Shown: piece by piece, positions 1-9,438 of the stretch | How positions within the stretch are numbered: position 1 is the first letter of the stretch | How the letters are laid out: each line of letters starts with the position of its first letter | Source of the DNA: Candidatus Thorarchaeota archaeon | Lineage (GTDB): Archaea > Asgardarchaeota > Thorarchaeia > Thorarchaeales > Thorarchaeaceae | NCBI GenBank assembly: GCA_016840855.1 | Contig: JAEORO010000050.1 | Span: 1-39,982, forward strand | Direction: 5' to 3' | Length of the DNA stretch: 39,982 bases | Notes under the pieces: generated by a model | Seen by the model: the letters and a program-made list of their open reading frames with translations, nothing else | Database searches by the model: none | What the model was told of the DNA's origin: nothing | Translations under genes and position numbers: made by a program

Positions 1-1629
1 CTCACCAGTTGAGCCTTCAAGACCCATCCTGTATGGATAGGTACCAGTGCTCTTGACGAAGGGTGAGATGTAGTTATCAGGGTCAGCGTAGTCAGGCATC
101 CAACCAAGGAAGAAGATTGGCAATTGCCTCTCCCTGACTTGGTAGAGATAGCTTGCCCACTCAAGACCATATACATCGATGGTAAGAGGTGTGGATGGAT
201 CAGTCGAAGCTGGATCAGCAACGATTGCCTCTATAGCCGACTTGAGCAGTAGGCTAGCACCCTCACGGCCAGTGTTACCCTCGTTGTAATAGATGTTTAC
301 CTGATATGAGTTGTTTGCAAAGATAGCGTCCAATCCATTTTCCATGGCTAGGTTCCAGTGTGTGACTGCTGTAGCTATGTCCGTTACGTATGGGACTATT
401 GCATCATTATGTCCGAATAGACCTTGTGGAATTGGTCCAGCCAGTGGAATAGCAATTCCGTTTAGGAGATTGTTGATATATGCATCATAATCGAATGCGT
501 ATGTTAAAGCTGTTCTTAGCTCCCAGTCTTTGAATGGATTCAGAACGATTTCGCCTGAGTAGTTCAGGTAGTCGTTCATGTTGAACCCGAGGAACGCTAC
601 ATTGTAGTTCGGTAGACCTGTCCAGACCTTGACATCAGGATTGAGACTCTGTCCAATACCATTAGGATTGCGAGTGGTAACGTTGTTCCAGATATCATAG
701 GCATTGGTTGTAAGCCAATCACAGGAATCAGTAGTACCAGCTTGCAAGTTCAGCATCCTGCTGTTTATGTCAACGTTCTTCTTCCATGTGACCTCAGTGA
801 CTGTACCTGCGTAGGGATGAGTTAGCTTTGCATCTGCAGCTCTCCAATAGTTATCATTGCGAACTATTGTGAGTCTGTCATTGTCAATCCACTCCTCAAA
901 AATGAATGGGCCAGTACCACACATGTCACTGTCCAAGGTGAAGTCATCACTCACAGGTGACATTCCACCATGAGCCATAAAGAAGGTTGGGCTGATCATT
1001 GCACCAACAGCATATGTGATAGCAGGCAGGAATGGTGCAAATGCGTATTCAAGGTGAATCTCAACTTCGTAGTCACCTGTTACAACAACTGCACTGACGT
1101 TCGCTTGCCAGTTTGCCCAAGCTGCAATGTGCTCAGGACTTCTGTCTCCATACCCGAATACTGCATCCTCAACGGCTTGACCACCGAGGATTGGTTCTGC
1201 GACCATCCATACTGGACCAAAACCATCATCCCAACCACGTCCCAACATTCGCCAGAAGTTCATCTGGACGCAGGTCGCGTTGAAGGGTGTTCCATCATGG
1301 AATGTGACGCCTTCACGAAGTGTGAAGGTGTAGGTCTTTCCATCTGCTGATATTTCTACATCAGTAGCAAGCAGTGGAACAGATGGTGTTGTGTCTGCAG
1401 TATCCCACGGATAAGTATACAACGTTTCATAAACGTTGAAACTTACATGTGAACCAGCTGACTCGTAGTCCTTGTGTGGATCTAGGTAATCAGGAAGCGC
1501 TATTGTTTCAAAAACAATGTCCTGTTCTTCTGCAAGTGTTATTGCAGGAGGTGCCAGAAGAATATATGCTCCAACTGAACCTATCACAACGATGATTACG
1601 ACGACAGCTATTAATTGATTTCTCTCCAT
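1..1629 (-). CDS. dppA: ABC peptide/oligopeptide substrate-binding protein (SBP family 5), 3' end runs off the window
   Basis: Absent from the ORF track; both ends read manually in the same frame. The N-terminus is MERNQLIAVVVIIVVIGSVGAYILLAPP...PDYLDPHKDYE, and the sequence at the window edge is FFLGWMPDYADPDNY. The gene is divergent from dppBCDF. An alternative in-frame ATG lies at 1638. Confidence 0.9.
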   Translation of the reverse strand, partial: MERNQLIAVVVIIVVIGSVGAYILLAPPAITLAEEQDIVFETIALPDYLDPHKDYESAGSHVSFNVYETLYTYPWDTADTTPSVPLLATDVEISADGKTYTFTLREGVTFHDGTPFNATCVQMNFWRMLGRGWDDGFGPVWMVAEPILGGQAVEDAVFGYGDRSPEHIAAWANWQANVSAVVVTGDYEVEIHLEYAFAPFLPAITYAVGAMISPTFFMAHGGMSPVSDDFTLDSDMCGTGPFIFEEWIDNDRLTIVRNDNYWRAADAKLTHPYAGTVTEVTWKKNVDINSRMLNLQAGTTDSCDWLTTNAYDIWNNVTTRNPNGIGQSLNPDVKVWTGLPNYNVAFLGFNMNDYLNYSGEIVLNPFKDWELRTALTYAFDYDAYINNLLNGIAIPLAGPIPQGLFGHNDAIVPYVTDIATAVTHWNLAMENGLDAIFANNSYQVNIYYNEGNTGREGASLLLKSAIEAIVADPASTDPSTPLTIDVYGLEWASYLYQVRERQLPIFFLGWMPDYADPDNYISPFVKSTGTYPYRMGLEGSTGE

Positions 1630-1768
1630 GTCATCCATCTCGTGTTTTTAAGTTGCGCTATGAACGATTCAGTGAATGAATCGCAACAACAAACTAGACT
1701 GATATCAAAATCATGAAACTCTGTATCAGCCTAACTTCGCTATTAGCTCTCACGCAAGACTCAGACAC

Positions 1769-1843
1769 TAATATAGCTTACGTTTCAATTGGTGTCATCT
1801 GATATTATTGGGTCGCCATTGATGACAACCAAAAGCTTAAGTA
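1769..1843. promoter_or_regulatory. Divergent promoter region with a central inverted repeat
   Basis: TATA-like AGCTATATTA on the minus strand (1769-1778) and AAAAGCTTAAGTA on the plus strand (1831-1843). Between them is the inverted repeat TTGGTGTCATC (1789-1799) / GATGACAACCAA (1821-1832). Confidence 0.45.
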
Positions 1844-1922
1844 TTACACACTATCCGCAGCCAGTAGTTTACGAGACTGGATTCCTATGCATATGTAAAC
1901 AAGCCATTTTGGGGATTCCTCC

Positions 1923-2957
1923 ATGAAACTCAGGGACTTTATACTTCGAAGGATAATTTTAGCCATTCCAGTAGTGTTTGGTGTATTGACTATAACATGG
2001 TTTCTCTCATACGTAGTTGGTGATCCTTTAGCCATGTACGTTACAGAGCGAACTCCGGATGCCGCAATACCTGGTATCATACGAGCTCGCGGTCTGGACC
2101 AACCACTAGTTGTGCAGTATTTCCTGTATTTGAGTGCTTTATTCCGAGGAGACTGGGGCGTAAGTACTACTACAGGTGCTGACTTGCCTGTTCTCACTGT
2201 TCTTGCTATGTTGTTCCCTGCAACTATTGAGCTGTCAATTGTTGCAATGATAATCGCTATAGTTCTTGGTATTCCACTAGGTATCATATCAGCAACAAGG
2301 AAAGACAAAGTTGCGGATCACATCACTCGTATCTTTGCACTCACAGGGGTTTCGATGCCAATCTTTTGGTTTGGTTTAATGTTGAAGTATGTACTCTTCT
2401 TTCAATTTTCACAATGGAACCTTCCGCATCTTCCAGGCGGAGACCGATATAATTATCGTGCATTTTCTTGGACTCCTACCACTGGATTTCTCCTCATAGA
2501 TTCACTGGTGTTTGAACACAGTCCGGCTCTATTCGTAGATGCTCTAGTGCATCTTGTTATGCCTGGTTTCTGTCTTGGATATATCACTCTAGCAATAATC
2601 ACTAGGATGATGCGCTCAAGTATGCTTGAGGTGATAAAAGAAGATTACATAACTCTAGCAAAGTCAAAAGGGCTTACAGAAAGAGTTGTAATCTATAAGC
2701 ACGCATTGAGGAATGCACTCATTCCAACTGTCACTGTGATTGGCTTGGCTTTTGGTGGACTGATAACTGGAGCTGTTTTAACGGAAACTATTTTCAATTG
2801 GCCTGGATTGGGACGTTGGGCTACAAGTTCAATTCTGAACTCTGACATCGCGGCCATCAATGGATTCACGCTGCTTGTTGCATTTATCTTTGTCACAGCG
2901 AATTTCATCGTTGACATGATTTATGGTGTTCTCGATCCACGAATAAGATTTGGATAA
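1923..2957 (+). CDS. dppB: ABC peptide transporter permease (DppB/OppB)
   Basis: GLDQPLVVQYF, FPATIELS, EAA-like loop DYITLAKSKGL, C-terminal LDPRIR. Confidence 0.95.
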   Translation: MKLRDFILRRIILAIPVVFGVLTITWFLSYVVGDPLAMYVTERTPDAAIPGIIRARGLDQPLVVQYFLYLSALFRGDWGVSTTTGADLPVLTVLAMLFPATIELSIVAMIIAIVLGIPLGIISATRKDKVADHITRIFALTGVSMPIFWFGLMLKYVLFFQFSQWNLPHLPGGDRYNYRAFSWTPTTGFLLIDSLVFEHSPALFVDALVHLVMPGFCLGYITLAIITRMMRSSMLEVIKEDYITLAKSKGLTERVVIYKHALRNALIPTVTVIGLAFGGLITGAVLTETIFNWPGLGRWATSSILNSDIAAINGFTLLVAFIFVTANFIVDMIYGVLDPRIRFG

Positions 2958-2973
2958 CGGAGGTGTATGTAAA

Positions 2974-4698
2974 ATGGACTCAGACTCACAGTATCCCAAT
3001 ATACAAGATGAAGCTCAGAACTTTACAACAGTTCGCGCCCTCGCATTATTACAGATACTCTTCGTTGTGGTTAGTCTAATGTTTGGTGGGATAATATTCA
3101 TCGGTAACTTCGTTTATGCAATTGAGGGATGGTTGGATATTGCAGTCGATGTTCCAGAATTTCTTGGAGCATGGTTGCTACAGAGCCTAATCATTCTAAT
3201 GTTGACTGTCTTCCTTCTAAGATCGAATCAAGGGGTCATGGAACGAATCCCAGATGCCTTTGGTTCCTCATTCTACCTATATCTCTTCTTGGCTGTTATT
3301 TATGCAACAATTGGTTGGATTGGTCTCATATTCATTGGTGTAATAGGTCTTCAACTGATATTATTGTTCCTTCCAAGTGTACGATATTTCTGGTTCGACG
3401 AGTTTAAAGAGGATACAAAACCACGAATTAAGGAAACTCGTTTCACACTGCATCTCGTTAGGAAAAGTCCGTTGGTTGTAATAGGAATTGCAATCATTGT
3501 ATTCATGACTGGAGTCGCTCTTGCAGCACCTTGGCTAGCTCCCTATAAAGGCACAGACATGGTCTTTGATGATGTCAGACTTCCACCTGGATCTCCAAGC
3601 AATGATATCAAACAAAACTACGAATATCTCCTGGAAAATAGATATTTCGATCCAGTAATAATGCCTGACTACAGATACGGTGAGGTGAGAATAACCGAGA
3701 AATATCTTGAAACTATTGAGATTCCACAACTTTTCATTGGTGTCAGTGATCTGAGAACTGGTGGTGATTTCGTATCGGTTAATGTCACCTTCAGAATCTA
3801 TAGTCTCAACTTAACAGATTACGAGGTTATGACAGCAGCCGAACGAAAACCCTATCTCTATGCAAATGTGTCAGTTCTCAATCAAAATCTTTTGCAGTAT
3901 ATCCGACTTCCAGATGAGGTGGGCAACTATGTTTGGGAGCTTCAATTCATTGCACCCTATAAAACAACCACCTGGTCTGCAAACACTAGGGTTGTGATTG
4001 CTTATTTCAGTATCTACCCTATTCATATTTGGGGTACTGACAACTATGGTGGTGATATTTATAGTCGTATCATTTGGGGTGCCCAAGAAGACCTTCGGAT
4101 TGCGCTTAGTGTGGTGTTGGTTGCTCTTACATCCGGAGCAATCATTGGCGCAGCATCTGGCTACTTTGGTGGCAAACTGGATGAGCTTGTGATGCGGATC
4201 ACTGATATCTTCTTTGCATTTCCGGGACTTGTGTTAGCCATGGCAATTGTCATGGCAATAGGTGTAAGAAGTTTGGGTACTATTAGTATAGCCTTAATGA
4301 TTACCTGGTGGCCCACTTATGCTCGTCTTGTTAGAGGACAGGTTCTCTCAGAGCGGGAGAAGCTCTACATTGAGGCTGCACGGTCTTCTGGAGCAAGCGA
4401 TACCAGAATTCTGTTCAGTCACATTCTTCCCAATACCATTCAACCGGTGATTGTTCAGGCTACGATGGATTTCGGTGCAGTTCTCCTAGTAGCTGCTGGT
4501 CTGTCCTTCATTGGTTTTGGTCCACCAGTTGGTACTGCGGAGTGGGGCATGATGATTGCTAGAGGTCAGAACTATATCCTTAGTTCGCCATGGATGACAC
4601 TCTATCCAGGGCTGGCAATACTTGTTACAGCGCTTGCATTCAATCTGGTGGGAGATGGAGTTAGAGATATCCTGGATCCAAAACTGCGACGGAGATGA
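2974..4698 (+). CDS. dppC: ABC peptide transporter permease (DppC/OppC) with an N-terminal TM extension and a large extracellular insertion
   Basis: HIWGTDNYGGDIYSRIIWG, YIEAARSSGA, GDGVRDILDP. The ATG at 2974 follows SD GGAGGTG. Confidence 0.93.
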   Translation: MDSDSQYPNIQDEAQNFTTVRALALLQILFVVVSLMFGGIIFIGNFVYAIEGWLDIAVDVPEFLGAWLLQSLIILMLTVFLLRSNQGVMERIPDAFGSSFYLYLFLAVIYATIGWIGLIFIGVIGLQLILLFLPSVRYFWFDEFKEDTKPRIKETRFTLHLVRKSPLVVIGIAIIVFMTGVALAAPWLAPYKGTDMVFDDVRLPPGSPSNDIKQNYEYLLENRYFDPVIMPDYRYGEVRITEKYLETIEIPQLFIGVSDLRTGGDFVSVNVTFRIYSLNLTDYEVMTAAERKPYLYANVSVLNQNLLQYIRLPDEVGNYVWELQFIAPYKTTTWSANTRVVIAYFSIYPIHIWGTDNYGGDIYSRIIWGAQEDLRIALSVVLVALTSGAIIGAASGYFGGKLDELVMRITDIFFAFPGLVLAMAIVMAIGVRSLGTISIALMITWWPTYARLVRGQVLSEREKLYIEAARSSGASDTRILFSHILPNTIQPVIVQATMDFGAVLLVAAGLSFIGFGPPVGTAEWGMMIARGQNYILSSPWMTLYPGLAILVTALAFNLVGDGVRDILDPKLRRR

Positions 4699-4702
4699 TA
4701 CA

Positions 4703-5860
4703 ATGACAATGTCTGAAGAACTAGTACTGCATGTCAAAGACCTGTTTGTTAACTTCTACACGTATGAAGGAGTCGTGAAAGCACTCGATGGAGTCATAAT
4801 GTTCCTTCGAAGAGGCGACACAATGGGTGTTGTTGGAGAAACAGGTTGCGGAAAGAGTGTAACAGCAAAAGCTATCCTCCGTCTAGTTGAGGCACCTGGA
4901 AAGATTGAAGATGGGCAAATCTTGTTTTATGACAAAGAGGAAGAGTCCCAAGAGATACAGGAACTTGACTTGGCTCAACTTGCACCAGAAGAAATGCTTG
5001 AGATTCGTGGAAATAAGATTTCGATTGTGTTTCAGGATCCTGCGACCTATCCTAATCCTGTTTTCCGAATTGGTGACCAAATCGCGGAAGTAATTCAACT
5101 TCACCAAGATCTGTCACTTGATGTCCTCTATATGAAGATAGCAAAGCTTGAACTTGCTCTATCTGAAGCAACCTCTGATGAAAACCGAGCCGAAATCGAG
5201 AGTAAGATTGCATACTACAAACAGCAATTGGATGCCCCTCCTGAACCGGATAAGAAGTCGATGAAGGAGGCTGCAAAGTTGAAAGCTATTGAGATGCTTA
5301 GACTAGTCCGAATGCCGGCACCAGAACAGGTTGTCAATCAATATCCTCATGAGCTTTCAGGAGGTATGAGACAAAGAGCATTGATAGCTATGTCATTAGC
5401 GTGCAATCCAAGTATCTTGATTTGTGATGAAGCAACTACAGCATTAGATGTGACAGTCCAAGCACAGGTACTCAAGCTATTAAACCAACTGAAAAAGGAA
5501 ATTGGCACTTCAATCATTGTCATCACACATGACATGGGCGTTGTTGCTGAAACATGTAACTGGGTGAATGTGATGTACGCCGGGACCACAGTGGAATCTT
5601 GTGCGACAGCTGAATTGTTTGAAAAGCCGCTTCATCCATACACAGATGGTCTCCTGACTGCTGTACCAAAACTTCATGAAGAGAAGGAGCGACTACCTCA
5701 GATTCGGGGGAATGTTCCAAATCTAATCATACCACCTCCCGGATGTCGTTTCCATCCAAGATGTGATTATGCTACTGACATTTGCAAAGAGAAGAAACCA
5801 GTCTTAGAGGAGCTCGCACCAGGTCATTGGGTAGCCTGTCATCATCCGCTGACTGGTTAA
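4703..5860 (+). CDS. dppD: ABC peptide transporter ATPase (DppD/OppD) with a helical insertion and a C-terminal 4-Cys motif
   Basis: Walker A GETGCGKS, signature LSGGMRQ, Walker B ICDEAT, ITHD, HPY, GCRFHPRC..C..C. Confidence 0.95.
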   Translation: MTMSEELVLHVKDLFVNFYTYEGVVKALDGVIMFLRRGDTMGVVGETGCGKSVTAKAILRLVEAPGKIEDGQILFYDKEEESQEIQELDLAQLAPEEMLEIRGNKISIVFQDPATYPNPVFRIGDQIAEVIQLHQDLSLDVLYMKIAKLELALSEATSDENRAEIESKIAYYKQQLDAPPEPDKKSMKEAAKLKAIEMLRLVRMPAPEQVVNQYPHELSGGMRQRALIAMSLACNPSILICDEATTALDVTVQAQVLKLLNQLKKEIGTSIIVITHDMGVVAETCNWVNVMYAGTTVESCATAELFEKPLHPYTDGLLTAVPKLHEEKERLPQIRGNVPNLIIPPPGCRFHPRCDYATDICKEKKPVLEELAPGHWVACHHPLTG

Positions 5861-5873
5861 GGAGGCAACATAA

Positions 5874-6902
5874 ATGAGCGATACATTAATCCGAACTGAA
5901 AATCTCAAGAAACACTTTCCATTGACAGGTGGTGTTTTCCGAAAGATCATTGGGAAAGTACATGCAGTCGATGGTGTTAATCTTGATATTAAGAAAGGTG
6001 AAACACTTGGAGTCGTAGGGGAGAGTGGTTGCGGAAAGACCACCCTTGGACGAACTATCCTTAGACTTATAGATCCTACGAGCGGAAAAATATTCTTTGA
6101 AAATGAGGATATCACAAAGCTCAAGGGAAGGGCTCTCAGAAAAGTCCGTTTCAACATGCAGATTGTTTTCCAAGATCCAATGGCTTCCCTTGATCCTCGT
6201 GTTACAATCAAGAACTCCATAGGAGAACCCTTGGTAGTAAATGGTGTGGCAAAGGGACGAAAGATGAGGTCAATTGTACTCGACCTGCTTCAAAAAGTTG
6301 GTTTGACTGAAGATCACCTCAATCGTTTTCCGCATGAGTTTTCAGGAGGACAAAGGCAGAGGATATGCATTGCACGGGCTCTTGCATTGAATCCGAAATT
6401 TGTTGTAATGGATGAACCTACTTCCAGTACGGATGTATCAGTTCAGGCTCAGACTTTGAATCTCATGAAAGACCTTCAGGATGAATTTGATTTGACTTAC
6501 ATGTTCATCTCACACAATCTCTCAGTCGTCAAGCACATGAGTGATCGACTTGCGGTGATGTACTTGGGTAAGGTGGTCGAAACAACTCCCCATGACATAT
6601 TCAAGAAACCACTTCATCCATATTCATTCGCGCTAGTATCTGCAGTTCCAATCCCAGATCCCCAGTTTGCGGGGAGAGCACAAATTCTATCAGGAGAAGT
6701 GCCAAGTCCAATTAGTCCTCCTCCAGGATGTAGATTCTATCCTCGATGTATTTTTGCACAGGATATTTGTAAGGTTGAGGACCCAATTCTTAGAGATATA
6801 GGCGATGGTCAACTGGTTGCGTGTCACTTCGCAGGAGAACTTGACTTTGGAAAAAGCGCGCAGATGGAATATGCTGACGCGGTCGATGGTACGCCTGCAT
6901 AG
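5874..6902 (+). CDS. dppF: ABC peptide transporter ATPase (DppF/OppF)
   Basis: GESGCGKT, FSGGQRQ, MDEPT, ISHN, HPY, C-terminal Cys motif; SD AAGGAGG. Confidence 0.95.
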   Translation: MSDTLIRTENLKKHFPLTGGVFRKIIGKVHAVDGVNLDIKKGETLGVVGESGCGKTTLGRTILRLIDPTSGKIFFENEDITKLKGRALRKVRFNMQIVFQDPMASLDPRVTIKNSIGEPLVVNGVAKGRKMRSIVLDLLQKVGLTEDHLNRFPHEFSGGQRQRICIARALALNPKFVVMDEPTSSTDVSVQAQTLNLMKDLQDEFDLTYMFISHNLSVVKHMSDRLAVMYLGKVVETTPHDIFKKPLHPYSFALVSAVPIPDPQFAGRAQILSGEVPSPISPPPGCRFYPRCIFAQDICKVEDPILRDIGDGQLVACHFAGELDFGKSAQMEYADAVDGTPA

Positions 6903-6960
6903 TTATCATGCTTGCGATTCATTAAAGAACACAAGAATCCAATACCAGAGTGTGAAATAA

Positions 6961-7191
6961 ATGAACACAGATTTTGAGGACATCGAAGAAGAGAAAACTC
7001 CAGCTGAAGAAGAGGAAGAAATCGATTGGTTGGATTACGCGCAGGTTGAAGAAGACGCTCTTCGTCCATTAGATGGTAAAGATTATGTTGCTCTTTTCAT
7101 AGCATCAATACAGACGATATTTCTGCCTTTGATTGTCCTCATCTTTGTGTTGATTGCATTCAATTTCTGGCTGCAGATTGTGGCGGGATAA
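6961..7191 (+). CDS. Small tail-anchored membrane protein with a very acidic N-terminus
   Basis: 76 aa: EDIEEEKTPAEEEEE followed by a C-terminal hydrophobic segment; co-oriented with the dpp operon. Confidence 0.7.
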   Translation: MNTDFEDIEEEKTPAEEEEEIDWLDYAQVEEDALRPLDGKDYVALFIASIQTIFLPLIVLIFVLIAFNFWLQIVAG

Positions 7192-7193
7192 GC

Positions 7194-7538
7194 GTGAGTG
7201 ATTTATCCAAACTCCTACTTGAAACTTGGATTATTTCAAGTATGCTGGCCTTCATTAATGCAATTGCAGCTCTGACAATTCATATAGCAACTGGAACAAA
7301 CTTCGATTTCTTCACAGCTGCAAATCTGATGATACCTGAATTTGGATTAATGCTAATTCTTGGGGCTTGTTTGATGAGTCGACAGCCTCTTGATGACAGC
7401 AAGCGATATGATTCGGAAGGTATCCCAACTCAATCGTGGCGATACGCCCTACTAGGCAAGAAGATACTTCTTGCATCGATTTTTCTGCTAGCATTTAGCG
7501 GGTTGTTTTATCTTCTAGGAATTGCCTTTCCGCCATGA
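7194..7538 (+). CDS. Hypothetical 3-TM membrane protein
   Basis: 114 aa with three hydrophobic segments; GTG start 2 nt after the preceding stop. Confidence 0.75.
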   Translation: MSDLSKLLLETWIISSMLAFINAIAALTIHIATGTNFDFFTAANLMIPEFGLMLILGACLMSRQPLDDSKRYDSEGIPTQSWRYALLGKKILLASIFLLAFSGLFYLLGIAFPP

Positions 7539-7549
7539 CCTTCTTAAAA

Positions 7550-8341
7550 TTAATAATGAACAACTGGCGCGTCTTCTTCATGTGATATTAAACGTTTACC
7601 TATTCTGAAACACACAAAGCTACCAATTCCAATGATACTAGCGATATAGATGATTGATATTGCAACGCTATAATTTAGAAGAAGAATAGCTGGTTCCCAA
7701 ATCAGATTGACAGTGAATAGAGCAATTGCTTGTGCAAAAAGAGTTGGGAGTAAACCGCCCCAAGGTGCTATCAAAATGAATACTGAAGCTAATATCACAT
7801 TCATGACTACTGAGTGTTTAATCGTATCATTTGCTATTTTTACATATACATAATCCTGAGCATTTAATTCATTCATTTTGACCTTCATAACTGCATCAAG
7901 AAGATTCTCAGCGTATCTTGGTCCTCCAGGTCCTACTGCAATCAAGATTCCTAAAAGAAAAATGACAATGACAGTACCAATTGCTCTAAGAGATTGGATG
8001 AAAACTAGTGCAAGAATCATTGAAGAAAGTGCTACGATGAAGCCAATCCAAATCCCCGCAAATAGAGTATTGTCTGCTAGGTGGTCCTGAAGAATTACCC
8101 CGATTCTTGAATGTGATTTCTTTGAGATGTTGTCTAAGACCCATTTATGAGAATAGCAACTCACATAACGAGTGTTCCCACTTGTATCAAGTCCAGATAC
8201 ATCATAAGTTTCCATCAGTTGTTGTTGAAGTCTTTTATGTAACCTGGTTTTTCTTAAGCGGTAAATTGTCACAAGGAGAATGAACGCGCCTGCGACTAGT
8301 AACCCAACTGTGTATTCCATGTCCATTCCCCTGTATATCAA
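7550..8341 (-). CDS. Hypothetical multi-pass membrane protein
   Basis: 263-aa ORF with about 5-6 hydrophobic segments; the true start may be MEYTV (8320). Confidence 0.75.
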   Translation of the reverse strand: MIYRGMDMEYTVGLLVAGAFILLVTIYRLRKTRLHKRLQQQLMETYDVSGLDTSGNTRYVSCYSHKWVLDNISKKSHSRIGVILQDHLADNTLFAGIWIGFIVALSSMILALVFIQSLRAIGTVIVIFLLGILIAVGPGGPRYAENLLDAVMKVKMNELNAQDYVYVKIANDTIKHSVVMNVILASVFILIAPWGGLLPTLFAQAIALFTVNLIWEPAILLLNYSVAISIIYIASIIGIGSFVCFRIGKRLISHEEDAPVVHY

Positions 8342-8388
8342 TTTGAAATTAGAGATTGAGCTGAAGTAATCCGATTTTAAATTCTACT

Positions 8389-9243
8389 CTACAGGAAACG
8401 GATTCTATCTAACAAAATGAGCCATATATGAAACATTAGGATTAAATCTGAACTAGACTTCTCACTAAAATTCTTACCAATGAAAATCATAGCTTTTCCG
8501 CGAAGGTTCAATGGACGTCTTCTACCAACCTTTAGACTTATTTCTTCACCATTAGTATCGAATTGAATGCCGTGCTCATAAAATGCTCTGGGATGTTCAG
8601 AATAGAAATAATCCAATTCCTTCAAAGGTTTTGGATATAGTGTTGCTTGAAGTGAGGAAATTTTGACTTTAATTTGAATTATCTGGGATTCATATTTCGC
8701 AACTGTCTTCTTAGGACTTCCTAAATCAGGAACGATAATAGGTCTTACTTCCATACGTTTGTCTACTATCTTGCTTTCCAATAGACCTGCAAAATCACCT
8801 CCACTACCTGAAATTGTCAAAAAATCTCCTTCTATTTTGATGCTGAGCGGATTGTTTGAATCATCGAATCTTTTTATCCCTAAAGGATTCACCTTGCTTT
8901 CAGCATCAGATTCCCGACAAAACCAAGGAATTGTAACCATTGGAAGCATTCTATCAGGGTGCTCTTGCTTTCGAGACATTATCTTCCAAAGATCATCATT
9001 TATGATATAGAGAGATAATCCAACTGGATGGAACTCCTTTGATTTCTGTTCAATGAACTTCTTGATGCCTTCTTCATCTTGATTGAGTTGATCTGCGACA
9101 TTTGATAATTGTTCAACCAAGAGTGTCGTCTTTCCCTTTGTACCTAAATTATCCAACTGGTCAACTGTCAGTGTTATTGTGACACCATTATTATTACAGA
9201 AGTTTTCAATGGCTTCATTGTCAAATTCATACTTGGTTGACAT
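8389..9243 (-). CDS. Hypothetical soluble protein
   Basis: 284-aa ORF with globular composition and no recognised family motif. Confidence 0.75.
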   Translation of the reverse strand: MSTKYEFDNEAIENFCNNNGVTITLTVDQLDNLGTKGKTTLLVEQLSNVADQLNQDEEGIKKFIEQKSKEFHPVGLSLYIINDDLWKIMSRKQEHPDRMLPMVTIPWFCRESDAESKVNPLGIKRFDDSNNPLSIKIEGDFLTISGSGGDFAGLLESKIVDKRMEVRPIIVPDLGSPKKTVAKYESQIIQIKVKISSLQATLYPKPLKELDYFYSEHPRAFYEHGIQFDTNGEEISLKVGRRRPLNLRGKAMIFIGKNFSEKSSSDLILMFHIWLILLDRIRFL

Positions 9244-9438
9244 GCGTCAACGCTGTTTCATACATGGAATAGCCTTTTCGGTTTCATAATGTTAAAGAGT
9301 ATATCAAGCAGTTTCTAAACACTCTACCAAGATTTCTTTGACTATAATTCAATCGATTTTGATAATTGTCTGATAAATTGTCGAATGCCTAACCGTTATT
9401 TAGTGGATTGTCCTCAGTTTTCAAAGGATTGATTAAAA

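Noticed and set aside
970-1350. 126-aa Cys-rich plus-strand ORF
   Set aside because: It is an antisense shadow of the binding-protein gene. The many other short ORFs overlapping well-supported genes were rejected for the same reason.
9120-9150. GTKGKTT resembling a Mur-ligase/FolC P-loop
   Set aside because: It lacks the preceding hydrophobic strand and all other ligase motifs, so it is probably coincidental.
9360-9382. TGATAATTGTC/TGATAAATTGTC tandem repeat as a Fur-like box before DUF362
   Set aside because: It is short and AT-rich with only a partial resemblance, which is not enough to call.
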